This document shows, one piece after another, positions 23,600 to 35,639 of a stretch of 64,000 bases of DNA. The DNA lies in the NCBI RefSeq assembly GCF_036321535.1, contig NC_087437.1:27282001-27346000 (forward strand), given 5' to 3'. This stretch comes from Camelus dromedarius. Taxonomy: Eukaryota. The notes beneath the pieces were generated by a model. The model searched no databases. It was not told where the DNA came from and saw only the letters and a program-made list of their open reading frames with translations. The position numbers and the translations under genes were made by a program. Position 1 is the stretch's first letter; every line of letters begins with the position of its first letter.

Positions 23600-24750
23600 C
23601 TCACTGTTGACCTGTACTCTTTAAATGTCCCCCTCTTGTAGCCTCTGGGACACCACATCTCACTGATTTTCCTTCTTCCTCTCTGGACATGCCAAGTCAG
23701 GGTCTTTTGCTGGCTCCTCCACCCAAAAATTAACTGATGGTGTTTTTCAGGGATTGGTCCTAGGCCAGTTTTTCTCTACATTCTCTTCTTAGATGATCTC
23801 ATCCATTCTCATTGCTTTGAATAATATCTGTATGCTGACAACTCCTAAATTTATGTCTTTTGTCTAGACCTCTTCTCTGAGCTCCAGACTCATCTATCTG
23901 ACTGTCTACTTGACATCTTCTCTGGAACATCTCATAGGATCTCAAACTTGACATGCCCTAAATAGAACACTTGATTTCTAATGCTAAGCTCCTCTCCCCA
24001 CCTCTTTTTTGCCCTGAACTCTAAGCCTGTTTCTTCCCTGTCTTATTCATCCTGGTTAATGCCACCACTGTCTACTCATTGCTTAAGGTACCTGCAAAAC
24101 TTTTTGGATCCACTTTCAAAATGTTTTTAGCATCCATTCATCTCTCTTCATCTCCAGTGCAATAGCCTAGTCTTTCACCAAATATTTCTTAAAAGGTAAA
24201 TCAGTTATCAGACCTCTCCTTAAGGTCTTTCAAAAGCTTCTCATTGCAATTAGAGTCAATTCTAAAAGACTTACCATGGCTTTTGAGGTCTGGCATTAAC
24301 TGACGTCAACTGATCACTCTAATTTTTGCAGGATGGGGTGGGATGAGGACCGCGTACCCTCCAGCCACACAGGCCTTCTTTCTGTCCCTACAGCAAGCTG
24401 GCTTTTTTCTCAAGCATCCCCACGTGTGTTTTCTTCTCTCCTTGGGAAGTTCCCTGAGGGTCCTCAGCTCCTTTGTATCTTTAGAACTCAGCTACGTGGC
24501 GTAGCCTTCACTGACTACCATATGGAGACCTGATCTCCCCTCTCCTTCATTCTGTATCACAGTAGCCTATTTATCACACTTACTGAGATTATTGTGAGCT
24601 CGAATCACTTATGTACACTTCTGTAGACTCTCTTACTAGAGTGTAGGCTCCACGAAGTCAGGACAGTGTCCTGTTTTGGTTGTGGTATCACCAGTACTTC
24701 TCATAATGGCTGGCACCTGGTGGCACTCAGTCAGGATTTGTTGAATAAAT
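23600..24750 (+). mobile_element. L2 fragment
   Basis: tatgctgacaactcctaaatttat...ctccagactcatctatctgactgtctacttgacatc...catctc/aaacttgacatg, ending tttgttgaataaatgaa. Confidence 0.7.
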
Positions 24751-24769
24751 GAAACACGTGCACCCAGAT

Positions 24770-24895
24770 CAGTGGTTCTCGACACTGGTCACACAGAGAC
24801 TCCAATTTAATTAGGATGGGGTGGGACCTGGCCTCAGGATGTTTAGAACTTTCTTCCAGTGATTCTAATGCACAGTCTGGGAAAAGAATCACTGT
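24770..24895. mobile_element. MER5A-like hAT element
   Basis: cagtggttctc...gtgattctaatgcacagtctgggaaaagaatcactg with terminal inverted repeats. Confidence 0.6.
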
Positions 24896-26748
24896 CCAAA
24901 ATGAGCTAGGAGAGACCATTAGGATGTTACTAAAATCCGAACTCGGGGGAAAGACTTCTCAGACGTAGTTTATAATTGGCAAGAGGAGAAAGAGCAAATT
25001 AACAGGCTTGAGTGGGTTTCGTGGAACAATGATGCAGCAGAAAAGTTACATGACGAAGGCGGAGGGATATGGACCAAAGTGGAGGCCGTATGAAGTGCAA
25101 GGAGCTTCTGGTCCAGGAGGGAGGGCAAGTGGATACTGGGCAGTAAGGACAAGCAGGCTGTGATGACCGAAACCATTGCTGGCCTCATCCAGAGGGTGGC
25201 TTCCTTTCCGTTCCTCCCCAGGGTCTGGCCTGCAGCACACTAGGAAAGACAAGGAGATGCTCCCAGCGCTGTTGCTGTGGGCAGCGTGGAAGATCCCTGG
25301 TGGACAAGCAGGAAGAGTTTTTTCCCTTTCCTTCCCACCATCTTCATGTCCCAGGATGCCATGCCTTGGGTCCCCATCTAGCAGGGAGGTAGACAGCCGA
25401 AGAAATGGCCCTGGAATGGTATCAGTGCAAGGAAAGGGGGCATCGTGGGGAACCCAGGGGTGAGTGTAAGGAGAAGAAATAGGAGGAAGGAGTTTTTCTC
25501 TGCTGATTGTGCGGGAGGCCACCTGGGCAGAGAAATAGGGGAGGAAACTCAGTGGAAGAGAGCTTCTGGTGGGGGGTGGTCTCTAATGTAATGTGATTTA
25601 GGGGGACACTAAAGGAACCCCTAATATAGGCCTCTGAGCGTGTGATTCATTGGCTTATGTTCAGAGTGTGATAAGGGCTGTGAAACCCCCGCCCTCCCAA
25701 AAGTGGGGTTTAGAGCTGGGGTCTCCTTGAATATCACAACTCTAGGTAAACATTTCCAAACCTCCAGGGGCTTCTGGGCACTGTGTGTGGATTGAAGGGA
25801 GATGAGGTAGTTTGTGATTTAGGAGTGACCTGCTACCCCTGGAGGTCACAGTCAGTCCTTCTGACCCGCAAAGATGTTTTGTCATGCAGTTTTAAAAAAA
25901 TTGTTGAAATTTTGGTATTTAAAAATAAGAATTTAGGGCTTAAAAAACAAAACAAAAACAAAACACAGATGATCTGGAAACACCAGGCCTTTATCCTCTG
26001 CAGGACACAGATCTAGAACTGGTTCTTCCTTTCCTTCCTTCATCCACAAACCTTCACTGAGCACCTGCTTCTGCAACAAGTTCAAAGATAAAAGAGCGAC
26101 AGTGTAAGCACAGAGCCTGTGTGTTCCCGCATCTATTTCTGTGCTCAGGTTTTCTTTGCCTTAGCCTTGGCCAAAGGCTGAGATAAGATCTGGGACTTGG
26201 ATTAAATTCTGTATCCTCTGAGTCATCTCCCTTTTCAAATAGCGTTAGTTGGGTCGTCCGTTAGAACTGTCAAATCATTTGTCTTCCAAATGGGCTGTTC
26301 TCAGTTTCCTGCAGGAGCCGGAGTGTGAGATGGCCGTGCCGGTTAATAAGCTGTTGTGTCTCAGCGTCATGCCGGCTCTTCTTTTCCCTACTTGGCGATG
26401 CTGGGTCCAGGCTCCCCACACCCTGGCTCTGCCTGGTCAGCTGCTTCCTGGGAGGCTCTGCCAGTGGAGTGCACCTGGTGAGCGAGGACCCCCAGGCAGG
26501 GGAGGAGGGTTTGACTGGCTTTGCCTCAGGGTACCACCATTCCTGGCAGCAGCAGCTGGGGGGTTCCTGAGCCCTTTCCACACTCCCAGAACTGCCTCGT
26601 GGTGTCATGTGACAGCGCTGTCTCCTCAGGGTACAGTGCCACCTTCTCTTAGCCCTAAGGATGGTGGCTGCTTTCTCACATTGCCAAATCTGAGTTGCCC
26701 CAGGGTCTCCTTTTTGTCTCCAATGCCTGTTTAATCAACCCTCTATAG

Positions 26749-26925
26749 CAGGGAGTTCTCAAACCTGAGCTTATATTGGAATCACCTGGAGGGCTTGGTA
26801 AACCCCAGATTGTAGGGCCCTACTCTGGAATTTCTGGTTCGGAAAGTCTGAGAATTTGCTCATCTATCAAGATCCCAGGTGAGGCAGATGCTGCTGGTCT
26901 GGGGACTCCAGTAGAAGGACCACTG
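26749..26925. mobile_element. MER5A hAT-Charlie element
   Basis: gttctcaaacctgagc...ggaatcacctggagggcttggtaaaccccagattg...cccaggtgaggcagatgctgctggtctgggga...accactg. Confidence 0.75.
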
Positions 26926-27735
26926 GTGGACATTGCGTTCCCTCTGTTAAGGCAGCACGGATTCTGTGGTCTGGCTGGTCCCTGGTTGATTCAGGGGCCT
27001 TCAGGAAAACAGCACACCACCCAGGGCCACCAGGTTGGTTTGGTCTGCTGGGTGGGGGTGAAGTAATCCCCGTACCCACTTCGAACCTGACCTTCCCGTG
27101 AAACTGAATCACCATCCTGGTCTGTCTGTCGGCATCCTGTGTCTGTGCTCTTGCCCCTCTGCCCTGATTGCAAAGCCCCTGGCCTTCCTTTATCTTACTC
27201 TCTCTGGCTGAGTGCTGCCGTCTCTGTGGGCCTGCCCTGCTAGTTCCATCCCATCCGAATTTTGATTTTCTATACTATGTTATATAAGCAAGCAAGTCAA
27301 CATCTCCTTCTGGCCCTGAGTTTTCAAGTCAGCGAACACATATTGCACTGTGTACTGTGTACTGTGTACAGAGCCTCATGCTGGATGATTTTGCTAGAGA
27401 TAGAAAGATGAGAAAGATTTAGACTCTGACCCCCTGTGGTCATCATTTTTGCACCATTGAAAACTATTATTTGCTTGTGAGAGATACAGAGAAAATCAGC
27501 AGAACCTGCACTAGAGGGAGAACTGCTTTAGTTGGGGAAATAATCTGATTAGCAAGATGTAGGTGGGGTGAGACCCCAAGAAGTGTGCTCTAGTGATAAT
27601 GGATGGAGGCCAGTACACTGCCTTCTAAGACTAGTGAGCGCCCATTAACTACAAAGGGGCTTTGTTTTATAGAGAGGGAGCTATGCAAGTTTGTGGCTAG
27701 AGTTGAATTGTGCAGGGGGAAGGGAGGGGTGCAAA

Positions 27736-27774
27736 GAGAGAGGAGGGGCCTGGGGCCTGGCAGCCAAAGGGCAG
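27736..27774 (-). other. Remnant of human CLRN1 cassette exon 2b (acceptor retained, donor absent)
   Basis: ctttccttttactcagcag|CT GCC CTT TGG CTG CCA gives ALWLP in phase 1, about 1.0 kb downstream of exon 2. Resembles the recalled human insert VALWLPATRHQAQ. No GT at +39. Confidence 0.55.
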
Positions 27775-28778
27775 CTGCTGAGTAAAAGGAAAGAGTCTAA
27801 TATGGATTTGCAATCCACTGTTGGCTGGTGTGAGTTGTATTCTCTCTCCTCTCTCCATGAAATCATTAATAAAATTACTTGCTTCCCAGGAATAGGACAA
27901 AAGCATTGAGTCTTTTTGCACATTTTGGAGTAGGGTGAAATCAATGACCTCCCGTCGAAGAATGGCTACATTTGAGTTGTGTAGACACTTTTGATTTTCT
28001 CATCTTTCTTTTTCTCCTCCTTGTAAATATGTGCTAAGCACCCTGTGGCACTGACTGGATTTTAAATGCTTTTCCATCAGCCCTGGTTAGTGAGTAGGAT
28101 GTGTTTATTGATGCGCTTAGAGTTTTCCTTGTCCAGATACACCTACCGTTAGGTTACACAAAATCTCTGCAAGCTCGAATATGGCAACTCATGTGTGGGT
28201 GGGACACTGGCCCTTTACTCTTGTTTGATGGCTTTTATTCATTTTTTGGATTATGAATAAATAAATGCATATTATGGAACATTTGGAAATACTAAAAAGT
28301 TTGAGAAAAAATGAAAATCACCCATAATTTTCCTTCTCAGAAATAACTACTACCAACAAAATAGACTCTTTCTCTGCATATATATATGTATTTTTGTATA
28401 TATGGAGGCTCTCTCTATATATATGGAGAGTATAGAATATATATATTTATATATAAAATCAAATTGGATTCATCTTTATAAAATCTTACATACTGCTTTT
28501 TTCACTTACCTTTTTGATACAAGCATGTATCCTTTTGATTACATCTTCCAAAATATTAATTTAATGCCAGCATTGTGTTCATTTGAATAAACTACCCTAA
28601 TACATTTACTGAATTCCCTATTGTTGGATAATTATATTTCTCTCCACTTTTTGCTCTTGTAAATAATGCCACAGTGACCATCCATGTATATGTATTTTCG
28701 CTTTACATTTGGGTAGGCTGATAATCTTTTACCCATTGAAAAACCCATTTGGCTTCAGAGGTAGAATTTTATACTCAC

Positions 28779-28958
28779 CTGAAATGAAGCTCAAAAGATA
28801 CAACCCCAGTGGACCATGCAGCGTTTCAAAGGGCTTGCCGAAAGCATTGTACATGAAGAAGGCTGTCCCCACCAGGGTTGAAACGATAAGGATCACGGAG
28901 AAGAGAACTACGTTGACGTGGATGCTCACTGGGATCGCTTTGAGCAAATCTGGGAAAA
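28779..28958 (-). CDS. CLRN1: Clarin-1 coding exon 2
   Basis: Acceptor ttttatcttcag|TTTTCCCA and donor TCAG|GTGAGT; 180 nt, phase 1/1. Encodes FFPDLLKAIPVSIHVNV...HGPLGLYLLSFIS in frame with exons 1 and 3. Confidence 0.98.
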
Positions 28959-29867
28959 CTGAAGATAAAACAAAGATTAGAAGAAATTTCATCAGCGGTC
29001 ATCTGCAAGTGTAATTTAAAAAATTAAATCCCTTTTATTCTAACTTCAAAAGCCACTAAAATCCTTCTGATGAATACATTCTCACTTACTCATTTACAAA
29101 GGATTTACAAAAAGGTTTAAACATGAGATTATTTTATAAAACTCACCAGTAAAAACTAGCAAAGGGGGAGATTTGAAGGAATTTTTCTTTTTGCCCTCGG
29201 TCATATGTAATTACTTAAATAAACAAGTACTGTCCTTAAAACCCAGAACTCTACATTTTGATCACCAAACTTTTAATGACATTTCTCAGTAGTCTTTTTT
29301 TTTTTTAATCTATTTTAACTTGTAATGACATTTTCAGTTTGGGGCTATCTGGAGGAGTTCAAATAACAGGAGGTTTTTGTATTTCCTTTGTGACAAAAAA
29401 AAAAAAAAGTTTCTAGTCCACACCAAGATTAAGAATGGGGTATTTTCAGTCAACTTCAATATTTTGATGTAGCACAAGCTGTGGGAAAATAATTTCTGGT
29501 GATACAAGAAATTTTTTCCGTTTAGAAAACATGCTAAATCTCTCTCTAAATTTTGTGTTCAGGGCAAGTTTTTCTTGCTTGCAGTGGAAATGAAATATTT
29601 TAGAAATGTGGTATTTCTCTTATCTGGTGAGGCATCAGTATGCTTAGCATCAGCAAACCTGGCCAAACCAATCTGGAGAAATTTACTTCAGTCCACTTTA
29701 GTTTGCCAAACTTTATTGAGCACCTACTGTGTGCCAGACATTGTTCCTGGTGCTAGAAAAGAACCATAAAGTAAGATAGACAAGGTGCCTATTGTCTTGT
29801 GGAGCTTATAACCTAACAGGAGTTGACAGACAAATAACAAGTGAACAGATGAATGTGATGTTTTACA

Positions 29868-30320
29868 GACAAAAGTGGCCATGGTCAATTTCTTGCCTCC
29901 TTTTACATACATGTCACTTCCCCTTTAAGAGGTAGGATTTATTCCTCAATTTCCTGGAACCTGGGCTGGCCTATGACTGCTCTGACCAGTGAATATGGCA
30001 ATAGAAGTACATCGTACCCATTTTAGGCTATAAAAGGCCCAGCCATTTCCACTTCTTCTCTCTTGGAGGCTTGAGCTGCCCGGGAGGATGTCCAGTTGTC
30101 TGCTGGAGAAGGAGGCCACCAGCAGGAGCACCGGGGCACCAGACTTGGGAGGGAAGAATCTTAGAAGTCTGGCCCAGAAAAGCCTCCAGGTGACTCCAAC
30201 CCCAGCTGCCATTCAGCCGTAACAGTAGAAGAGATCCAATTGAGAACCGTCCAGCTGAACTAATGAGTTTTTGTTTTAAGCCCCTGAGCTTTGAGGGGCT
30301 GTTGCACAGTGATAAGACAC
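29868..30320 (+). mobile_element. MaLR LTR (MLT1F/H-like) inserted in an L2
   Basis: ctgggctggcctatgactgctctgaccagtgaatatggc...ttgttttaagcccctgagctttgagg. Confidence 0.65.
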
Positions 30321-30329
30321 TTTCATGTA

Positions 30330-31130
30330 GTCATAATGCTATGGAGAAATAAAACAGGGAAGTGGGACTTTGAGTGATTGGGTGAGTGGACAGAAGTGGT
30401 CAGGAAAGTGACACCTGAGCTGACACCTGAATGTTGAGCAGGAAGTGGCTGTATAAAGATCTGCGGAAGAGCAGTCCAGGGAAAAGGAACACAGCCTGGG
30501 CAGGAGTGAGCCCGTGCGGGCGGCAGTTCCTGGTGACAAGGCAGAGGTGGAAGTCGGGATGCTGGGCTGGGGTCAGATTGTTGCACCTGCTGGATCCTGA
30601 TCTGTCGACCACAGTAAGGGGTCTGCTTTTATTCTAAATTCATTTGGAAGCTACTGGAGGGTTTTAAGTAGGAGAGTGACACGATCTCCTTCATGATATA
30701 AAAAGATCACTCTGGCCACTGACTAATGAGTATAAAGGGGTGGAGAGAGGAGGGAAGCTGGGAAACCTGGTGGGGCGGTCAGGGGATATTTACAGAGGTA
30801 AGATATGGGGATGTGGTCTAAGGTGGTAGCAGTAGAGGTGGTGAGAGGTTGTCAGATTTGGAACATATTTTGGAGATGGAAGATAGAGCTTATTGAAAGA
30901 AATCACGGATAACTCCTAGAGTAACTGAGTAAATGGTGATGCTGTTAAGTTAGATAGACGAGTGGGAGGAGCAGGTTGGGCATGGGAGTGGGAAGTGATG
31001 CAGGAGCTGTGTTTTAGGTATTTGAAGTTTGAGTTGTGTAAGATATCCAGGTGGAGATGACATGTAGGACTTACGTGTCTGGAGGTCCAGGGAGAAGGCG
31101 GAGGTATCTAAGGAGGTGAAACTAGGGTCA
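30330..31130 (-). mobile_element. L2 fragment
   Basis: gaggg/ttttaagtaggagagtgacacgatc...aagatcactctggcc...ggtggtagcagtagaggtggtgagagg...catattttggag. Confidence 0.7.
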
Positions 31131-33789
31131 GGAAAGTAAGGCACCTAAAGCAGATAGGGGAATTTAAGGAGACAGTCACTCTCTGGGGCCCTAGAGTGAA
31201 TGTCTCTTTAAATTTTATGTCCTAGGTCCCTGAATGGCCTCACTCTAGTCTGATCCTGGTATTTAAAGCCAAGGGAATGGCTATCACTTATGGAAAAGCT
31301 GTAGCGAGAGGTGAGAAGGGAGAAGAGAAAGAGAGCTTGTGAGTTGGGAGCAAATCCATGTCCAGGGCCACAACACTGTACTCCTGGCCGTGTGTCAGAA
31401 AGCAACCAGGTGAGGGAGTTGCACCGAACAAGGGCTCAGAACAAACCCTTCACCACTGCTAGATACAACTAACTATGTACGTACATACGTAAAACATGCT
31501 CAGTGCAGGCGGATAGGGAGCGTCCTCTTCACAAATACAGACAAGGTCATTTGTACCCCACCATGTCATGTGCAGATCATTTGACTACTGAGGTTTAACT
31601 CGCACTGTATTTCCTTTATCTTCTCATAATAAGAGAAATGCACATGAAATCTATGAGATAGCATTTTCCACAAATCATATTTACAAAGATCAAAACATGT
31701 AAAGATACCCTGCGTTAGCTAAGTTGTTGGGAAGTGGGGACCCTTGTGGACTTTTCTTGGGAGTGTGAATTGGTGCAGCTTCCTTCGGAGAAGTTGGGCA
31801 CTGCCTAGAAAGTATTAAAAAGCACGTATCCTTTAGCTCAGCAATTTTACTTCCAGAAGTTTATCCTGTGGATATTTGTGCACATGAATCCAATGAAATA
31901 TTACTAGGATATTCATGGCAGCATTTTTTTTTTTTTGGCAAAAAAAAAAAAAGGTAGGAAATAACTCCCATGTCTATCAGTCTGGCATCTGCACAAGTCA
32001 ATGATTTCAAACAATGAAGCGACTCTTTAAGAACAGGTATGGAATTATCAAAATGTGATGTTAGATGAAAAAACACACAACAAACAAAGAAAAAAGTGCA
32101 TCATTCTATCATTTGGGAAAAAGCCAAAGGAGAATGTATGTAATAACAAGTAGTTTTTAAATACTTTATTTATCTGATTCAATTCTCTCAACAATTCCAT
32201 GAGATAGGTACTATTATTAGATCTATTTACCAGAGGAAAAAGCGGGCTCAGAGGTGATGTAACGTGCCCAAAATTTGTATTTAGTAAGTGGCAGAGATTT
32301 GAACTCGGGTCCTCATTCTTATACACCAAGCAGCCTCGGGGGTGGGCATGCTCGTCTAGGCAGACACCATTTCTAGAAGATTACACATGAAACCGGTAAC
32401 ATCACTTCCAGGGGAGGGAGACAGGGATACCTCATTATGTACCTTTTAGTGTGGTCGGAAAAAAAATTTTTTACTACCCCACAAACATTATCTAGTTAAT
32501 GAATACATAAATGCTTTTAAAAAACAATTGAAAGGATAAATGAAGACATAAAAATTCCTTTGACTGTTCTAGATTAAAAGAGATTTAGGAGACATACTAA
32601 CAAATGCAATGTATGGATATTATTTGTGATTTGAACAAAACTTTATAAAAAAAATGTTTTTGAGATAGCCAAGGAAAATTGAACATGGACTGAGTTTTAG
32701 ATGCTATTACATAACTATTATTGATTTTGTTGGCTATGTTAATGGTATTGTGGTTGTGTTTTGAAAAGCCCTTATTGATTAGAAATTGGATGGATGGGTG
32801 GTTGGATGGATAAATAGATAGATCAAGATAAATTAAGATAAAATGGGAAGACGCGTCAACTTTGTTTGGAAGAGGCAAACTGGGTGTTGAAGTTCGCAGG
32901 TGCTGAGCCTCTGTTGTCAGTGATTGCACTGGTCCTCACTGCCCTGTGTTCTCGGGGTGCAGAGCGAACCAATTAGTCTATGATCGTCCACCCTCCCGAG
33001 CTTCCAACTGCTGAGGCAGTTCAATCAATGCAACTTGCTATTCTTGCACTTGGTTAGCTATTGACTTGGTTTTGACTAACTGTTATCAAAAACCCTGCTT
33101 CCTTCCATCTCCCCACCTGAGGAAGAGGCGGCCACCTCTTTGTCTCTGAGAGGACAGCTAGGTGAAGCCTGTCTGAAAATTGACAGTTGTTACCTACCTA
33201 AAACGAAGGCAGAAGTTGCACTGATTTGCCTCCTGGAAAGAAAAGCCAGAAGCTAAAATAAATTGTCATGTGGAGCATATTAATTCTTCTGAAGTCTCTT
33301 AAAATCCCCACTTTTGCAAGAAAGTCACCCAGTAGGATACTAATCCCTACATGTTATATTTTATGAGGTTTCTTTGATGAAAATTCTCCAAATCTGTAAT
33401 GACCAATCAGAGCTCTGATAATAACCCTTCATTTTCCAACCAACACTGATACGAGTTTTCCTTCACGGAAGGTGAGAGCAGACCCTTCGAGTAAATACTG
33501 GAAGGTGTCACTTTAATGATATTGGAGATCTGCTTGGTCTTTCCCTTCTTTGAGGTGTAGGATTACAACACAGAAAAAGGATTTGAACATTTTGATCTGC
33601 AGAGGGGCTGTCAAGAATTCAGCAAGTCACTTCAGGCCTCCAGGAATTACTTGATTAGCTGTTGCCAAGTGAAAGGGAGTTATTTATGAAACCGAAGGCA
33701 CAGAGAAGTTAAGTAATTTGCCTGAAGTCTCACAGTGGCATCGCTGCCTTTGCTTTTACTCCCGCCCCCCCCCCCTTTTTAAATTAACA

Positions 33790-34612
33790 CTGTAACTATT
33801 TCTCTTTTTTTGGTGTACTGTTCTGTGCGTTTTGACAAACGCTTATCATCACGTAACCACTGCCACAATCAAGATATAGAACTGTTCCACAGCTCCTAAA
33901 GCTTCCTTTTTCCCCTTTGGAGACAACCTGTCCTCCACTCCCAGCTCCTGTATGTGTGACTTTATAAAAAACTGCCAAGGGTTTTCCGCAGTGGCTGTAC
34001 CATTTCACCTTCCCACCAGCAATGTATGAGAGTCTCAGTTGTTCTGTATTCTTGCTGGTACTTGGCAATCTTTAAAAATTGTAGTCATTTCATAGATGTG
34101 TAGTTTATTTTGTAGTTTTAATTTGCATTTGCCAAGTGACTAATGATGTTGAGCATCCTTTTGTGAGTTTATTCTCCTCCCATACATCTTTTTTGGTAAA
34201 GTGTCTGCTCATATCTTTTGTGCATTTTTTTATTGAATTGTTCATTACTACTATTATTGAGTTTTGAGAATTCTTTATGCATGCTGGATATGAGCCCTTT
34301 ATCAGATAAGTAATTCACAAATATTTTCTCCGAGTTTGTGGCTTGTCTTTTCATTCTCTTATCAGTGCCTTTTGAAGAACTGTCCTTATGTTTATGAATT
34401 CCAATTTATCAAATTTTTTACTTTTGTGTATCATGTTTTGAATGTCAAATCTAAGAAATCTTTCCCTAATGCAAGGTCACAAATAATTTCGCCTATGTTT
34501 TTCTTCCAGAATTTTTTTAGTTTTAGGTTTACATTGAAGTCTATGGTCCATTTTGAGTTATTTCTTACATATGGCCAGGGTTAAATTCTTTTAGCACATG
34601 ACTATCCAATTG
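33790..34612 (-). mobile_element. L1M (L1MB/MC-type) fragment, ORF2 end and 3' UTR
   Basis: Minus-strand peptide MKRQATNSEKIFVNYLSDKGLISSMHKEFSKLN is typical of the L1 ORF2p C-terminal region. Confidence 0.8.
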
Positions 34613-34617
34613 TTTCT

Positions 34618-35185
34618 GTACTTAAAAAGCTGACCATGGACTTAATATATGACCCAGCAATCCCATTCCTAGATATTTGCCTAATAGAATTAAAAATATA
34701 CGTCCGTACAAAAATCTGTATGTGTATGTTTACAGTGGCTTTACTTGTATTTGCTAAAAACTGGAAGCACCTTAAATATCCATCAACTGGTAAATGGACA
34801 AACCATCCATAAAATAAAATACAACTCTGCAATACAAAGGAACAGACTGTTGGTGCACACAATAGCATGGATGGATCTGAAATGCATTTTGCTGACTGAA
34901 AGTAACTGAATTCAAAAGGCTGCATATTGTATGATTCTGTATGTGTGACATTCTGGAAAAAGCACAGTGATAAGGACAGAAAACAGATCAGTGGTGGCCC
35001 AGGGTTGGGGGTGGGGGAGGACACTGACCACAGAGGGGCACAAGGGAGATTTTGGGGGTGATGAAAGTGTTCTAATCTTGATTGTGGTGGTATTTACATG
35101 CCTCTAGGCAACAGTCAAAATTCATAGACCTGTCCACCTGAAAAGGGTGAGTTGTACTGCATGTAGTTATAAACCTCACTAAAAA
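34618..35185 (+). mobile_element. L1M (L1MB/MC-type) 3' fragment
   Basis: tatgacccagcaatcccattcctag...ttgattgtggtggt...aaaagggtgagttgtactgcatgtagttataaacctca. Confidence 0.8.
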
Positions 35186-35639
35186 CAACCAGGAGTAGGA
35201 GGAACAAGAGCTGGAGTGAGCAGCGTCCTCCAGGTGTGAGCAGTAGTCCCTGCAAAGGTGCCCATTTGGCCTGGTGGGAGGAGGAGCTCGGTTAGAGAGA
35301 AGGAAAGGGGCACTGGACCAAGAGTCAGGCCCCCAGGTTCCGGCCCTCTGCAGGGCCTTGAGCAGGCTGATCTGTCCCTCTTTCTCTCTGTAAAGTGAGG
35401 GTATCCCGTGGGGCAGCCTGGGAAAGGATCAGGCATTTGAAATTAGGCAAAAGAAGCTAGTATTTTAGCTTCTTTTCTAATTCCGTGAAGTCCTTAAACC
35501 TTGATTTTCTTTTCTGAAAACTGAGACTGATCCTACTTCCCTCTCACGTCTGTGAGGGTCCAGTGGCATCAGCGTGTGGAGTACCCAGTGCGCGGTAGGT
35601 GTTCAGCACGGGTGTGCTGTGGTGCGCCCCTGTCTGACG

